Shown piece by piece: positions 28,821 to 37,241 of a stretch of DNA of 49,976 bases. How positions within the stretch are numbered: position 1 is the first letter of the stretch; each line of letters begins with the position of its first letter. Source of the DNA: a virus. Its lineage: Duplodnaviria > Caudoviricetes. The stretch covers positions 1-49,976 of the IMG/VR virus record IMGVR_UViG_3300032212_000016, one strand, 5' to 3'. Below the pieces are notes generated by a model that was not told the DNA's origin, did not search any database, and saw only the letters and a list, made by a program, of their open reading frames with translations. A program made the position numbers and the translations under genes.

Positions 28821-30818
28821 CTATTTAGAACTTGTGTCTCCATTTGGAGTAGGTTTTTCTTCTGCCTGTTTCAAGCTAGTTATAGCTTGTAATCGTTGAG
28901 TTAAAATACCTTCTTGTTTTACTATACCATCAATAAGGGAATTTACTTGATCTATTTCAATTCCACTTTCTGTTGCAGAAGCTTTAGCAAGGTTAGCAAT
29001 TGCCGATGCATAATCTTTCATAGCTTCATATTGTGTATTGGCTACTTGTAATTCATGGGTAGCGGTCTCTAATCTAACCTGATGATCAAATTTTTCCATT
29101 TCTAATTGAGTTTCAAAATCAGGTTGAGGAGGTTGTACTTCCATTAATTGATCAATATTCTCATGACCTTCTGCTTCTAATACTTGACGTAATACTAATG
29201 ATGGATTTAATGGGAATCCTGCTGATAATTTCTCTACTAAGGATTGTGCCTTAGCCATAGCATGTGCTTCTGATAAGATACTTGGATCAGCTCCGGGGAT
29301 AATATCTAAATCATCCATATTAAAATCGCTTAATCTAATAGTTTGTAAACGTCCATCATCTAATACATTAAAGTATTTTTCTTTATCTAAATAATAACTA
29401 TTTAGACGATATATCTTTTTATATTCTTTACCCAATGATCTATAAATACGTTTGTATATAGATACAAATACTTTCATACCTTGTTCAAGTACAGCAACTG
29501 TAGTAGAATATGGTTGATTTTGACCGGGATTCTCTCCAACCATAATATCTTTAACAGATGCTAATCTTTCACCAGACTGAATTAACATATCCAATAATTG
29601 AAATAATACATTACTAGGATCACGGGTAGGCATTGGGTAGATACCTTTACGTAAATCATCTCCAGTAGATTGTACTGTTTTCCACTCACCCGGCTTATAA
29701 CGTAATGCACCACCCCTAACACGCACACCTTTTGCTAGAAAACCACCTTGCATATTACTCAGTGTACCAGCATCAGTTAATTGATTTAGGAGGGTATTGA
29801 TTGATGTATTAAGTGGTCCTAACAAAGAACCAAAACCCAACGAGTATATTTTACTTTCTGGATTAGGAATAAATGAGTATTGTGTAAAATACTCAGTAGG
29901 TGTTATCTTAAGAATTTCACCATCAAATCCAGTAACAATATTTTCTGAAGTGTATCTTGCTACAATACGTAATACTTTCTGACTGTCATGGTCTACAGTA
30001 ACAATATAGGGTTCTTTATAACCATCTTCATCTAAATCTAACCATGTATGACACTCTAAAATTTCATGGGGACTTTCATCACCTGATTGAGTGAGTCCAG
30101 TAATTTCATCACCAACACCATAATGACTACGCTTATCAGGATCTTGGAGATCAATATTTAAATAGATATCCAAGTTTTGATATTCTTTAACTTCGTTTTG
30201 ATCAAGCCATATTCTATGTGTTTTACGAGATTTTTCAAAATCTTCTGCATAATAATTAATGACTAGGTCTCTAGCTAATACTAACTCAGATACTGTATTT
30301 TTTTTACTTGGGCTATAATAAGTCTTTTTAAATGCAAGACCAGTTATAGGGAGGATATATAAAAGACGATCCATATCGTCTTGCCAATCTTCCATCTCAT
30401 GTAGTAATTGATATGACATGTAATCAGAAACACGATTACTTCGGTCTAATTTTAAACCCTGATCATCTCTTTTACCTAATATTTTAGTTTTAACTAATTT
30501 AGGATCATTTACTAGTGCTGGATATGCTCTAGCATGGAATTGTAATGCAGCAGTAGATAATAGGGGATATTTACTATTAGAAGCTCCCGGCCAAGGAAAA
30601 CTCTTATCTTCCATAACCTGAGTAGCTAATTTTAACCATTCCTCATGTTTATCTTCCCAATCACTTCTACTTTCTAAATCATCTTTATAATAATCAACAA
30701 TATCCTTACCTATTCCATCTAGAATATCTTGATCTAAACCCTCTGCAATATTAGAAGATTCTAGTGATTGGTTAACTTGTGTTAAATCTAAATTAGTATT
30801 TGGCATATATTGTCTCAA
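28821..30818 (-). CDS. Portal protein
   Basis: 665 aa directly after TerL; PWPGAS, G.AFKK.Y, DLDEDG..EPYIVT and NQL.DAGTL.N motifs. Confidence 0.9.
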   Translation of the reverse strand: MRQYMPNTNLDLTQVNQSLESSNIAEGLDQDILDGIGKDIVDYYKDDLESRSDWEDKHEEWLKLATQVMEDKSFPWPGASNSKYPLLSTAALQFHARAYPALVNDPKLVKTKILGKRDDQGLKLDRSNRVSDYMSYQLLHEMEDWQDDMDRLLYILPITGLAFKKTYYSPSKKNTVSELVLARDLVINYYAEDFEKSRKTHRIWLDQNEVKEYQNLDIYLNIDLQDPDKRSHYGVGDEITGLTQSGDESPHEILECHTWLDLDEDGYKEPYIVTVDHDSQKVLRIVARYTSENIVTGFDGEILKITPTEYFTQYSFIPNPESKIYSLGFGSLLGPLNTSINTLLNQLTDAGTLSNMQGGFLAKGVRVRGGALRYKPGEWKTVQSTGDDLRKGIYPMPTRDPSNVLFQLLDMLIQSGERLASVKDIMVGENPGQNQPYSTTVAVLEQGMKVFVSIYKRIYRSLGKEYKKIYRLNSYYLDKEKYFNVLDDGRLQTIRLSDFNMDDLDIIPGADPSILSEAHAMAKAQSLVEKLSAGFPLNPSLVLRQVLEAEGHENIDQLMEVQPPQPDFETQLEMEKFDHQVRLETATHELQVANTQYEAMKDYASAIANLAKASATESGIEIDQVNSLIDGIVKQEGILTQRLQAITSLKQAEEKPTPNGDTSSK

Positions 30819-32690
30819 TAACCAGTTATGGGATTAGCCCCAATATCCATTAAATATAAACTTTCTTCCTCTTCCCACCATTCTTCTTCTAACTCTTGAG
30901 CAGTAGGAGGATCAACCATTTTATCCAATGCTAACCCTATATGAGCTAAAGCATCAACCTGATCCTTATATTGTCCACGAGGGAATTGTGTCATCTCTGT
31001 ATACAAACTATGGTACCAATGGGCATCCATATCAAATTGTATCTGTCCAGCTCTAAGACGTGCTCTGATAGACTGTGCCCTCTTCATCTTATCTTGAGAA
31101 GGGGTAGGATCATCAATAGTTAGATATATCCCCCTTTTTTGCATTTCTTGATTAAGAAAGGGACCTATAGATCTAGCAATATTTTCTTTTTCAATTATAA
31201 AGAGTTCTGGTTCATATCTTTGTTGTAATATAAATAATTCATCAACAATCTCTAAAGAATCCCCACGAAACCTCCTGACATCCACTACCTTCAATTTTCC
31301 TTGAGAATTCATACCTGCTACCACCATAACAGTAAAAGCGGCCCTATCCTTCTCTGAGATAGCGAGATCACATCCTATATAATATTCTAGGTTCTCTTCT
31401 CTATCTTTAATTGGTAAGAAATCATCACCTTGGAAATAGGCATTCTCTTCATCAATTGGGTAATTTAAGTATTCTTGTGAATAACCCTCTGGAAAACCTT
31501 GTTGTACATAGTCAAGTCGTATATTTTTTAATCTTTTCTGAGAAAACTTCTCAGGCCATAACATTTGACTAAAATCGGGACTATGTGCTTGGTATCTTAT
31601 GGATAACCAAGGAGTATCCTCTCTTTCTCTATATTCCTCATCAAGCCAAAACTTAATACCATCTGTTTTAGTATGTTTACCCCCCCAAGGAGGCATTAGT
31701 CTTTCTAGAAGGGAATCCATATGTAAGATTGTTCCTACTATTCTTACCTTACAGTGATCTCCCCCTGCTGGTAAAAGGGCATTAAAGAACCATCTTCTAA
31801 ATTTATCCCTTCTTTCTTCATTTAAGACAATCTCATCATTCTCAAGATCATCTCCAACTATTAAATCTGGACGTGTATTACGCCATTTAGTACCACGTAA
31901 TTTTTGTTCACTACCCTTAGCATCTATACGGAATTGAGTACCATCTTCAAATTCAGCAATAACAACAGATTCTGTATCTTTAACTAACTTTCTCTTTAAT
32001 CCAAAGAGTTCAATTAGGTCATCATTCTCTATTAATTCTCTTTTAATATCACCAAGGAACTGTATTGCCTGTCCCTCTGTATCAGATACAACAAGAACAA
32101 AACGTGCCTTACGGAATAAGACAGATGCTAGAGTGTAGGAGTGGGTTATAGCAGTACTTTTTGCATGCAATATGTTCAAATAAGGTCGTTAATCTTATCT
32201 CGGAAATTATTCCAGCTATATGTTACCATATAGATCAGACTATATCTTCAATCTAATGAATTTAAGTATTGGACTTCTTTTTTCAATTTGTCTCTAAGTT
32301 CCAAGATTTCATTAGTAACTTTATTTGTAGTTCCCATTGTATCTTGTAACTCTAATACTTTCACTTAGATTGGCTCCCGTTTCCACCCACTTAGGTGTAC
32401 GTCTTTCGACTAGTCGTTGAACCTTCCTCTAATACGAGGCTTGGCTGCTGATTGTCCTATTTCAAGGAAGTTCCAGCAATTAGAGAGCTTACGAGGCCAT
32501 GCTGCCTATATTTATATTGCGCCTAGACCTTTAGTTAACCTCGTGGCGCAGCAATCGCTACTTTGGGATCTGGCCTACAGACTAATTCCCATAACTCCTT
32601 ATGGAACGAAGGTGTCGGCTTGGGATTATCAAAGCGAGATAACAATAAGGAGGTAGTAAAACCATATACTGTCTCTGCATTTAATTCCAT
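30815..32690 (-). CDS. terL: Terminase large subunit, spliced: join(32538..32690, 30815..32167), 501 aa
   Basis: Exon 1 ends AIAAPRG and exon 2 begins HAKST, restoring Walker A; also RPDLIVGDDLE, GCDLA and DQVDA motifs. Confidence 0.92.
32168..32537 (-). mobile_element. Group I self-splicing intron (370 nt)
   Basis: Exon 1 ends in U and the intron ends in G; P AATTGCTGGAA, Q AATCAGCAG, R TTCAACGACTA, S AAGATATAGTC; the guide GCATG-GCCTCGT pairs with both exons. Confidence 0.93.
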
Positions 32691-32708
32691 ATTCTACCTA
32701 TTCTAATT

Positions 32709-32751
32709 TGGTGGTTGATAAAGGAATCGAACCTAAAATGCCTTGCGGCTC
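32709..32751 (-). ncRNA. tRNA-like 3' half (pseudo-tRNA)
   Basis: GCC-GCAA-GGC hairpin, AGG-TTCGATT-CCT T-loop and ACCA end; no complementary 5' acceptor strand found. Confidence 0.45.
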
Positions 32752-32840
32752 TTTCTATAGTATCTCGACTGCACTACTAACAGTCCCAGTCTTCTTCAAT
32801 ATAAAACATGATTGAACTCCGTGTTTTCGTGTATGGAACT

Positions 32841-32869
32841 ATTATAGTACATATTGATAAAAACACCAA
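32841..32869 (-). promoter_or_regulatory. Possible sigma70 promoter upstream of terL
   Basis: TTGGTG-N17-TATAAT. Confidence 0.4.
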
Positions 32870-32928
32870 AATACCCCCGCTACTAAGTTTTGGGAACTAT
32901 GTTCCTCCCAGAGGATGAGTTAATAAAT

Positions 32929-33010
32929 TGGTGGAGATGATCAGAGTCGAACTGATGTCCAGAGTAATTCCTATGTAGGCTTTTTACCCTGTCGAAACCT
33001 TTCCATCCCC
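32929..33010 (-). ncRNA. Minimal tmRNA-like RNA (tRNA-like domain only, 82 nt)
   Basis: Starts GGGGATGGAAAGGTTTCGAC and ends GGACATCAGTTCGACTCTGATCATCTCCACCA; 7-bp acceptor stem with G3:U70; no D stem; P2a CAGGGTAA/TTACTCTG. Confidence 0.85.
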
Positions 33011-33121
33011 TTCTTTCTTCTTATCTTCTTTATTACCAAAGATACGATCCCATTCAGAATTAAAATGTTTCTCATTAACCTTCATAGGTCTTCGTACAGT
33101 ATTATTTTTGTTGTACTTCAT
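32984..33121 (-). CDS. Small hypothetical protein overlapping the 5' end of the mini-tmRNA
   Basis: MKYNKNN...EWDRIFG; likely start at ATG 33121. Confidence 0.5.
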   Translation of the reverse strand: MKYNKNNTVRRPMKVNEKHFNSEWDRIFGNKEDKKKEGDGKVSTG

Positions 33122-33204
33122 CTTTATTAGCCTTATTCTTTCTAGAAAGATACCTATCAAAAGAATTAACACCAAAAAATGACTAAAAGTGTTCTTTGTC
33201 TATT

Positions 33205-33471
33205 TTAGCTGGATTTATTCTTTTTTCCTGCTGTTTTTGTTCTTGCATAAGATCTATTCTTAGATTTTGATTTAACTTTTAGATTACTAGAAGAGTTATC
33301 ATTAGGGTTTCCATTAGAATGATCCACATCCTTACCATCCCCTTTACTTACCTTACCAGACTTTTCCATCTTCCTACGAGCTGCATTTCTTTTAGCTCTT
33401 CTCTTCTTCTGTGCTGGTTTACCTTGATATTTATCGTATTCTTCCCTATAATTACGTCTAGAACCACTCAT
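33205..33471 (-). CDS. Small basic HNH-like protein next to the terminase
   Basis: RAKRNAARR...GDGKDVDH...N...NL.V...KNRS. Confidence 0.75.
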   Translation of the reverse strand: MSGSRRNYREEYDKYQGKPAQKKRRAKRNAARRKMEKSGKVSKGDGKDVDHSNGNPNDNSSSNLKVKSKSKNRSYARTKTAGKKNKSS

Positions 33472-33671
33472 CGTTCCATAGCCTTTTTGATATCTTCCTT
33501 CCTTTTCCTTCTTTCCTTAGACATTTTACCTCCAATAGATTCACTCTCTACCAGTTTCTCTACTTTCCTTTTCCTTCTTTCTTTAGATTGTTCAGATTCT
33601 TCCCCTTTATAATTCCTAGCACCGGGAACATCATACTTACCACCTGATTTCTTAGATCTTGAACCACTCAT
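33468..33671 (-). CDS. Small highly charged hypothetical protein
   Basis: AGGAGG RBS; SKERRKRK repeated twice. Confidence 0.6.
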   Translation of the reverse strand: MSGSRSKKSGGKYDVPGARNYKGEESEQSKERRKRKVEKLVESESIGGKMSKERRKRKEDIKKAMER

Positions 33672-33675
33672 TGTA

Positions 33676-34350
33676 CTATGAATCCTCCTTTATTACCTCA
33701 TGGGTAGCATCAACAGTCTTAGATTCAAGTTGTCGTGCTATATCCTCAAATTTATTCTGGAGTAGGGCCATTGCATCCTTACCCTTATTATTCTCCACCC
33801 TAGATGTTGGATCACCTCTCAGTAAAGCTCGTTTATCATACAAAATACCAACGATGGTAGCTAAATCCTTACCACCAATCCCTAATCGTATTACAGAACC
33901 ATCTCTACCAATTTTCTCATCACCATTGATAATCCTATCATTTAATTGACCCATAGCAATATGTACAGTTTGAGAGAATTGAGCATCTAATTCATCTTGT
34001 TTCTTCTTTTTACACTCTGCAAATACAGAGGGCCACCAAGAAGAACGTGTCTTCCAATCCCTAATGATATCTGCTCTCACACCACAATATTTCTGAGCTT
34101 GTCTAGAGGTTCCAGTGATAAGATAAGCAGAGGCAGCAGCTATCTTTTGTTCTGGAGAATATTTACTATTTGGAGCATAGAGATCCTTTAAATCTATTTC
34201 CAAATAAGATTCAATATATTCTTCATGATCAATATCAATCAAAGGTACTGTATCAGGCATACCATAAACTACTTCACTTTTAGGCATATTAAGTTCTTTA
34301 TCCCAATTCTTTGAATTATCTTTACCCTTTTCATACAACACTTTTGACAT
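33676..34350 (-). CDS. Putative terminase small subunit
   Basis: HTH-like segment (AQKYCGVRADIIRDWK), GILYDKRALLRGDPT; first gene of the late arm. Confidence 0.7.
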   Translation of the reverse strand: MSKVLYEKGKDNSKNWDKELNMPKSEVVYGMPDTVPLIDIDHEEYIESYLEIDLKDLYAPNSKYSPEQKIAAASAYLITGTSRQAQKYCGVRADIIRDWKTRSSWWPSVFAECKKKKQDELDAQFSQTVHIAMGQLNDRIINGDEKIGRDGSVIRLGIGGKDLATIVGILYDKRALLRGDPTSRVENNKGKDAMALLQNKFEDIARQLESKTVDATHEVIKEDS

Positions 34351-34504
34351 TTATTTAACCTCTAGGTTTAGTTCTTAGTTTTCTTTTTATTTGTTTTTTA
34401 ACTGTTATTGAGTTATTAGGTGATATTTCTTTACCTTCTTTTCTCTTTTGTATACACTTTCCTGAATATTTGTATTATTATATACAAACAATAATTATAG
34501 TCTA

Positions 34505-34531
34505 TTAGACAACAAATTTTAAAGAAAGTTC
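34505..34531 (-). promoter_or_regulatory. sigmaE-type promoter heading the late arm
   Basis: Minus strand GAACTT-N16-TCTAA with an A/T-rich upstream tract. Confidence 0.72.
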
Positions 34532-34865
34532 AATAAAAAATAGAAAAAAAGTGAAAAAAACCATAAAAAAATAAAAAAAATAAGAAATTACCTTTATTTT
34601 GGTTATTTTGTGCTGTCTTGATAGATTGTTGTTGTAAACTAGGGCAAAGATAACAATATCAACCTTTTAAAGTATATAGGGTATTATTGTTTGTTTACTT
34701 ATGTCCCCATAGAGAGTTCCGCTATATTAGCATTTCCTTATATACTACCCTAATTCCCTTTTAAATTTGAAAAAACGACTAATTGTGGGTATTACACTAT
34801 ATGAGGGGATTTCAATATTTGGCCATGCCCCCCCTATTCCTTTTATAATAACAATCCTTTTTTAT

Positions 34866-34884
34866 TTGAATGATAATCATTCTC
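34866..34884. promoter_or_regulatory. Fur box
   Basis: ttgAATGATAATCATTcTC, 15/19 to GATAATGATAATCATTATC with a perfect 13-bp core. Confidence 0.6.
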
Positions 34885-35012
34885 ATCTGATATCCAGCTA
34901 TAACCCTACATTCTATGGGGTATATTTCTAAGTGAGACTAGTTCTAATTTTGGGAACCACCACAAATACCAATAGCCTTCTAAAATATGTAGTCTAGACT
35001 ACTTCTAAATAT

Positions 35013-35069
35013 TGACAATTATGATCACATTATGACAATTATGGTCACATTATGACAATTATGGTCACA
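35013..35069. repeat. Tandem 20-bp repeat TGACAATTATG(G/A)TCACATTA, about 3 copies
   Basis: Read directly; units carry dyad TGAC-N7-GTCA; flanked by two palindrome copies. Confidence 0.9.
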
Positions 35070-35104
35070 CAAGGATTTAATTGTAGTCTAGACTACTTGT
35101 TTAA

Positions 35105-35139
35105 AATCAATGACTTACAAACTTGGCACGTTATCTGCA
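35105..35139 (+). promoter_or_regulatory. IHF site plus sigma54 (-24/-12) promoter
   Basis: AATCAAtgacTTA (35105-35117) matches WATCAANNNNTTR; TTGGCACGttatcTGCA (35123-35139) has GG-N10-GC. Confidence 0.7.
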
Positions 35140-35192
35140 TGGTAACAGATTGTAAATAACTGCAATTAATTATTATTAGGAGTATTTATTAT

Positions 35193-35336
35193 ATGTATAT
35201 ATTAGAAGGTATTAATAAATTAGGTGAGTTACAATCTATTCGTTTTAGTAGATGGGATAAGTACACTACTGAGGTCACAGCGGATAAAGTAGCTAAACAG
35301 GCTGGTATCATATCTTATGTATGGTACAAGATTTAA
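35193..35336 (+). CDS. Small early protein (47 aa)
   Basis: Read manually: AGGAG RBS, MYILEGINKLGELQSIRF...WYKI*. Confidence 0.6.
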   Translation: MYILEGINKLGELQSIRFSRWDKYTTEVTADKVAKQAGIISYVWYKI

Positions 35337-35438
35337 AGTTATATAATACTTGTAGTCTAGACTACATTTTGTTAATATTTACACATCGGGCAATATCGCC
35401 CTTAATTGATAGCCCATACGGGCATAGGAGTTATAATC

Positions 35439-36107
35439 ATGGCTAAGAAAAACACAAAGTCTAAAGCTAAAGCAGGTTCATTATCTGGAGACAATTTCAC
35501 ACTTGAGCAAGTAGCTATTGAATGTATCCACTTTGAGACTGAGAACGAAGTAGTAAAACAGAGCAAAAATACTCTATCTGATCACTTCTTAAGTGCTGCA
35601 TCTATTTACATCAAAGACGTAAATACTACTGGAGAGGATATGGCTTCCGATCATCCTTTCCTAGTGGCTTGTGATGCTCAAGAAAAAATTAGTAAGTCTG
35701 AGCAGGCTGGAATCAATCAATGGGACAAAATCCCCCGCTCATGGTCACAGCTTAAGTCTAATGTAAAAGCCGCCTATAATATGGGGCTAGATATTAACTC
35801 TTATACTACTGAATCTAGTATGCGTAAGGATTTAAACGAAGCCCGTAAAGCTGCTAAAGAGGCTAATAAAACTCCTGAAGAGTTAGCTGCAGAACAGGTT
35901 GAAAGTGCCTTAGATGTTCTTACAGAGTCCGGAAATACTGCATTATCTCAAAGACTCTTTGCCATTACTGAGCAATGTAAAAATGTTACTGATTCTCAAG
36001 CTGATGATATTCTTAGAATATTAGACGAAGCATTAGAGAATATTATGGTTATGAAAGAATTAGCTGCGCAATTCAATGATGATATTCCTAACGAAGCAGT
36101 AGCTTAA
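35439..36107 (+). CDS. Early hypothetical protein, probably highly expressed
   Basis: AGGAG RBS before ATG 35439, two small 5' hairpins and its own terminator. Confidence 0.75.
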   Translation: MAKKNTKSKAKAGSLSGDNFTLEQVAIECIHFETENEVVKQSKNTLSDHFLSAASIYIKDVNTTGEDMASDHPFLVACDAQEKISKSEQAGINQWDKIPRSWSQLKSNVKAAYNMGLDINSYTTESSMRKDLNEARKAAKEANKTPEELAAEQVESALDVLTESGNTALSQRLFAITEQCKNVTDSQADDILRILDEALENIMVMKELAAQFNDDIPNEAVA

Positions 36108-36126
36108 AAAGAAAGCTAACGAATAA

Positions 36127-36156
36127 GGCTCCAGTCTGCAAAGGCTGGGGCTTTTT
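36127..36156 (+). terminator. Rho-independent terminator
   Basis: GGCTCCAGTCT-GCAA-AGGCTGGGGCT followed by TTTT. Confidence 0.85.
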
Positions 36157-36299
36157 CACGTCTATTACTTTTATAATATGTAGTCTAGACTACATTATAT
36201 TTTTTTAATTACTACTATCATCAATCAAGTGCGGTGTGTATATTTAGTTATCAACTACTATCATCAGTGGGTGGTGTATATTACAGAGTTATATTATAC

Positions 36300-36328
36300 T
36301 TGACTTTATAGTATAATTATGTCATAAT
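36300..36328 (+). promoter_or_regulatory. sigma70 promoter
   Basis: TTGACT-N17-CATAAT with extended TG. Confidence 0.7.
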
Positions 36329-36353
36329 GTACTTATAAATTAGAGGTTTAGCT

Positions 36354-36434
36354 ATGTTTTTAGGAACACTGGAAGTATTGATATTTTTTTGTATTATCCT
36401 TATTTTAATAGGGTTTTTAATTTTATTAGATTAA
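36354..36434 (+). CDS. 26-aa single-TM peptide
   Basis: GAGG RBS; MFLGTLEVLIFFCIILILIGFLILLD*. Confidence 0.45.
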   Translation: MFLGTLEVLIFFCIILILIGFLILLD

Positions 36435-36468
36435 ATGTAGTCTAGACTACATAAGGTAGGATACATAT

Positions 36469-36612
36469 ATGGCTATGACAAATACTCAGAGAATAATTGA
36501 TATGATGTACGATCCTAAAAGTATGGGTAAAAGAGCAAAGGATAATAGAAAGTTAGCAGCTCTCAAAGCTCATAAACAAAGATTATATTTATTAAATAAA
36601 TCAAAAGGATAA
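36469..36612 (+). CDS. Small basic early protein (47 aa)
   Basis: Read manually; RBS follows a palindrome copy. Confidence 0.55.
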   Translation: MAMTNTQRIIDMMYDPKSMGKRAKDNRKLAALKAHKQRLYLLNKSKG

Positions 36613-36618
36613 TGAAAT

Positions 36619-36894
36619 ATGACTAAATCAGAATTAGTTGAATTAATTGAATCATTATATTATCGTCATGATTTAGAGGGTACAGCCATTCACGCTACCT
36701 GTTTAGATGTACTAGGTGGAGAAAATAAAAAAGGTGCTGAATTTAAAGCTATAAATAATAGAGTGAATGAAGCATTTAATTGTATACGCCCTGAGTTACA
36801 AGAGGTATTTAACCAACAAGATATACGGGATACCACAACAAAACAGGCTTTACAGGCTGGTAAGAATAATATAATCAGTGGTTATTTCAGTTAG
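36619..36894 (+). CDS. Early hypothetical protein
   Basis: ORF whose stop TAG lies within the palindrome. Confidence 0.65.
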   Translation: MTKSELVELIESLYYRHDLEGTAIHATCLDVLGGENKKGAEFKAINNRVNEAFNCIRPELQEVFNQQDIRDTTTKQALQAGKNNIISGYFS

Positions 36895-36922
36895 TCTAGA
36901 CTACATTTGAGGTTCATCTATT

Positions 36923-37102
36923 ATGTTTATGGAATTAAATAGAAAGTATGACAATTTACAACAAACTAGTCCTAATCTTAGGTTTGTTATCTTCTTATTA
37001 ATATTATTTCCTGTATTATTAATGCCTATTAACTACCAAATATTTACAATGGTTATTCTTATTTGTTTAAGAGCATTGTACTTCTATAAATCAAGGAGTT
37101 AA
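36923..37102 (+). CDS. Small two-TM membrane protein (59 aa)
   Basis: Read manually: GAGG RBS, MFMELNRKYDN...FYKSRS*. Confidence 0.5.
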   Translation: MFMELNRKYDNLQQTSPNLRFVIFLLILFPVLLMPINYQIFTMVILICLRALYFYKSRS

Positions 37103-37106
37103 TATT

Positions 37107-37205
37107 ATGTTTACTGATCTTGATATTGAAATTATTAAATATTTAATTGGGTTTATATATCCTTTTTTAATACTTGCCCTTACTAAATATATTTTTGATA
37201 TGTAG
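37107..37205 (+). CDS. 32-aa hydrophobic peptide
   Basis: AAGGAG RBS; stop TAG lies within the palindrome. Confidence 0.45.
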   Translation: MFTDLDIEIIKYLIGFIYPFLILALTKYIFDM

Positions 37206-37241
37206 TCTAGACTACATTAACAACGTGGAGGTAATACACAT

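Noticed and set aside
32168-32179. Track start of TerL (MNIL)
   Set aside because: Lies inside the intron and would truncate Walker A.
32417-32656. 79-aa plus-strand ORF
   Set aside because: Antisense to terL exon 1 and the intron core.
32709-33010. One full-length ~300-nt tmRNA using the second CCA end
   Set aside because: 5' GGGGATG does not pair with the ATCAACC strand but pairs fully with CATCTCC in the 82-nt form.
34350-34600. ORFs or low-complexity repeat in the A/T tracts
   Set aside because: No credible frame; better explained as leader and upstream sequence of the late promoter.
34988-37216. Palindromes as a CRISPR array
   Set aside because: The repeat is only 14-16 bp, spacing is irregular and contains genes, and no cas genes are present.
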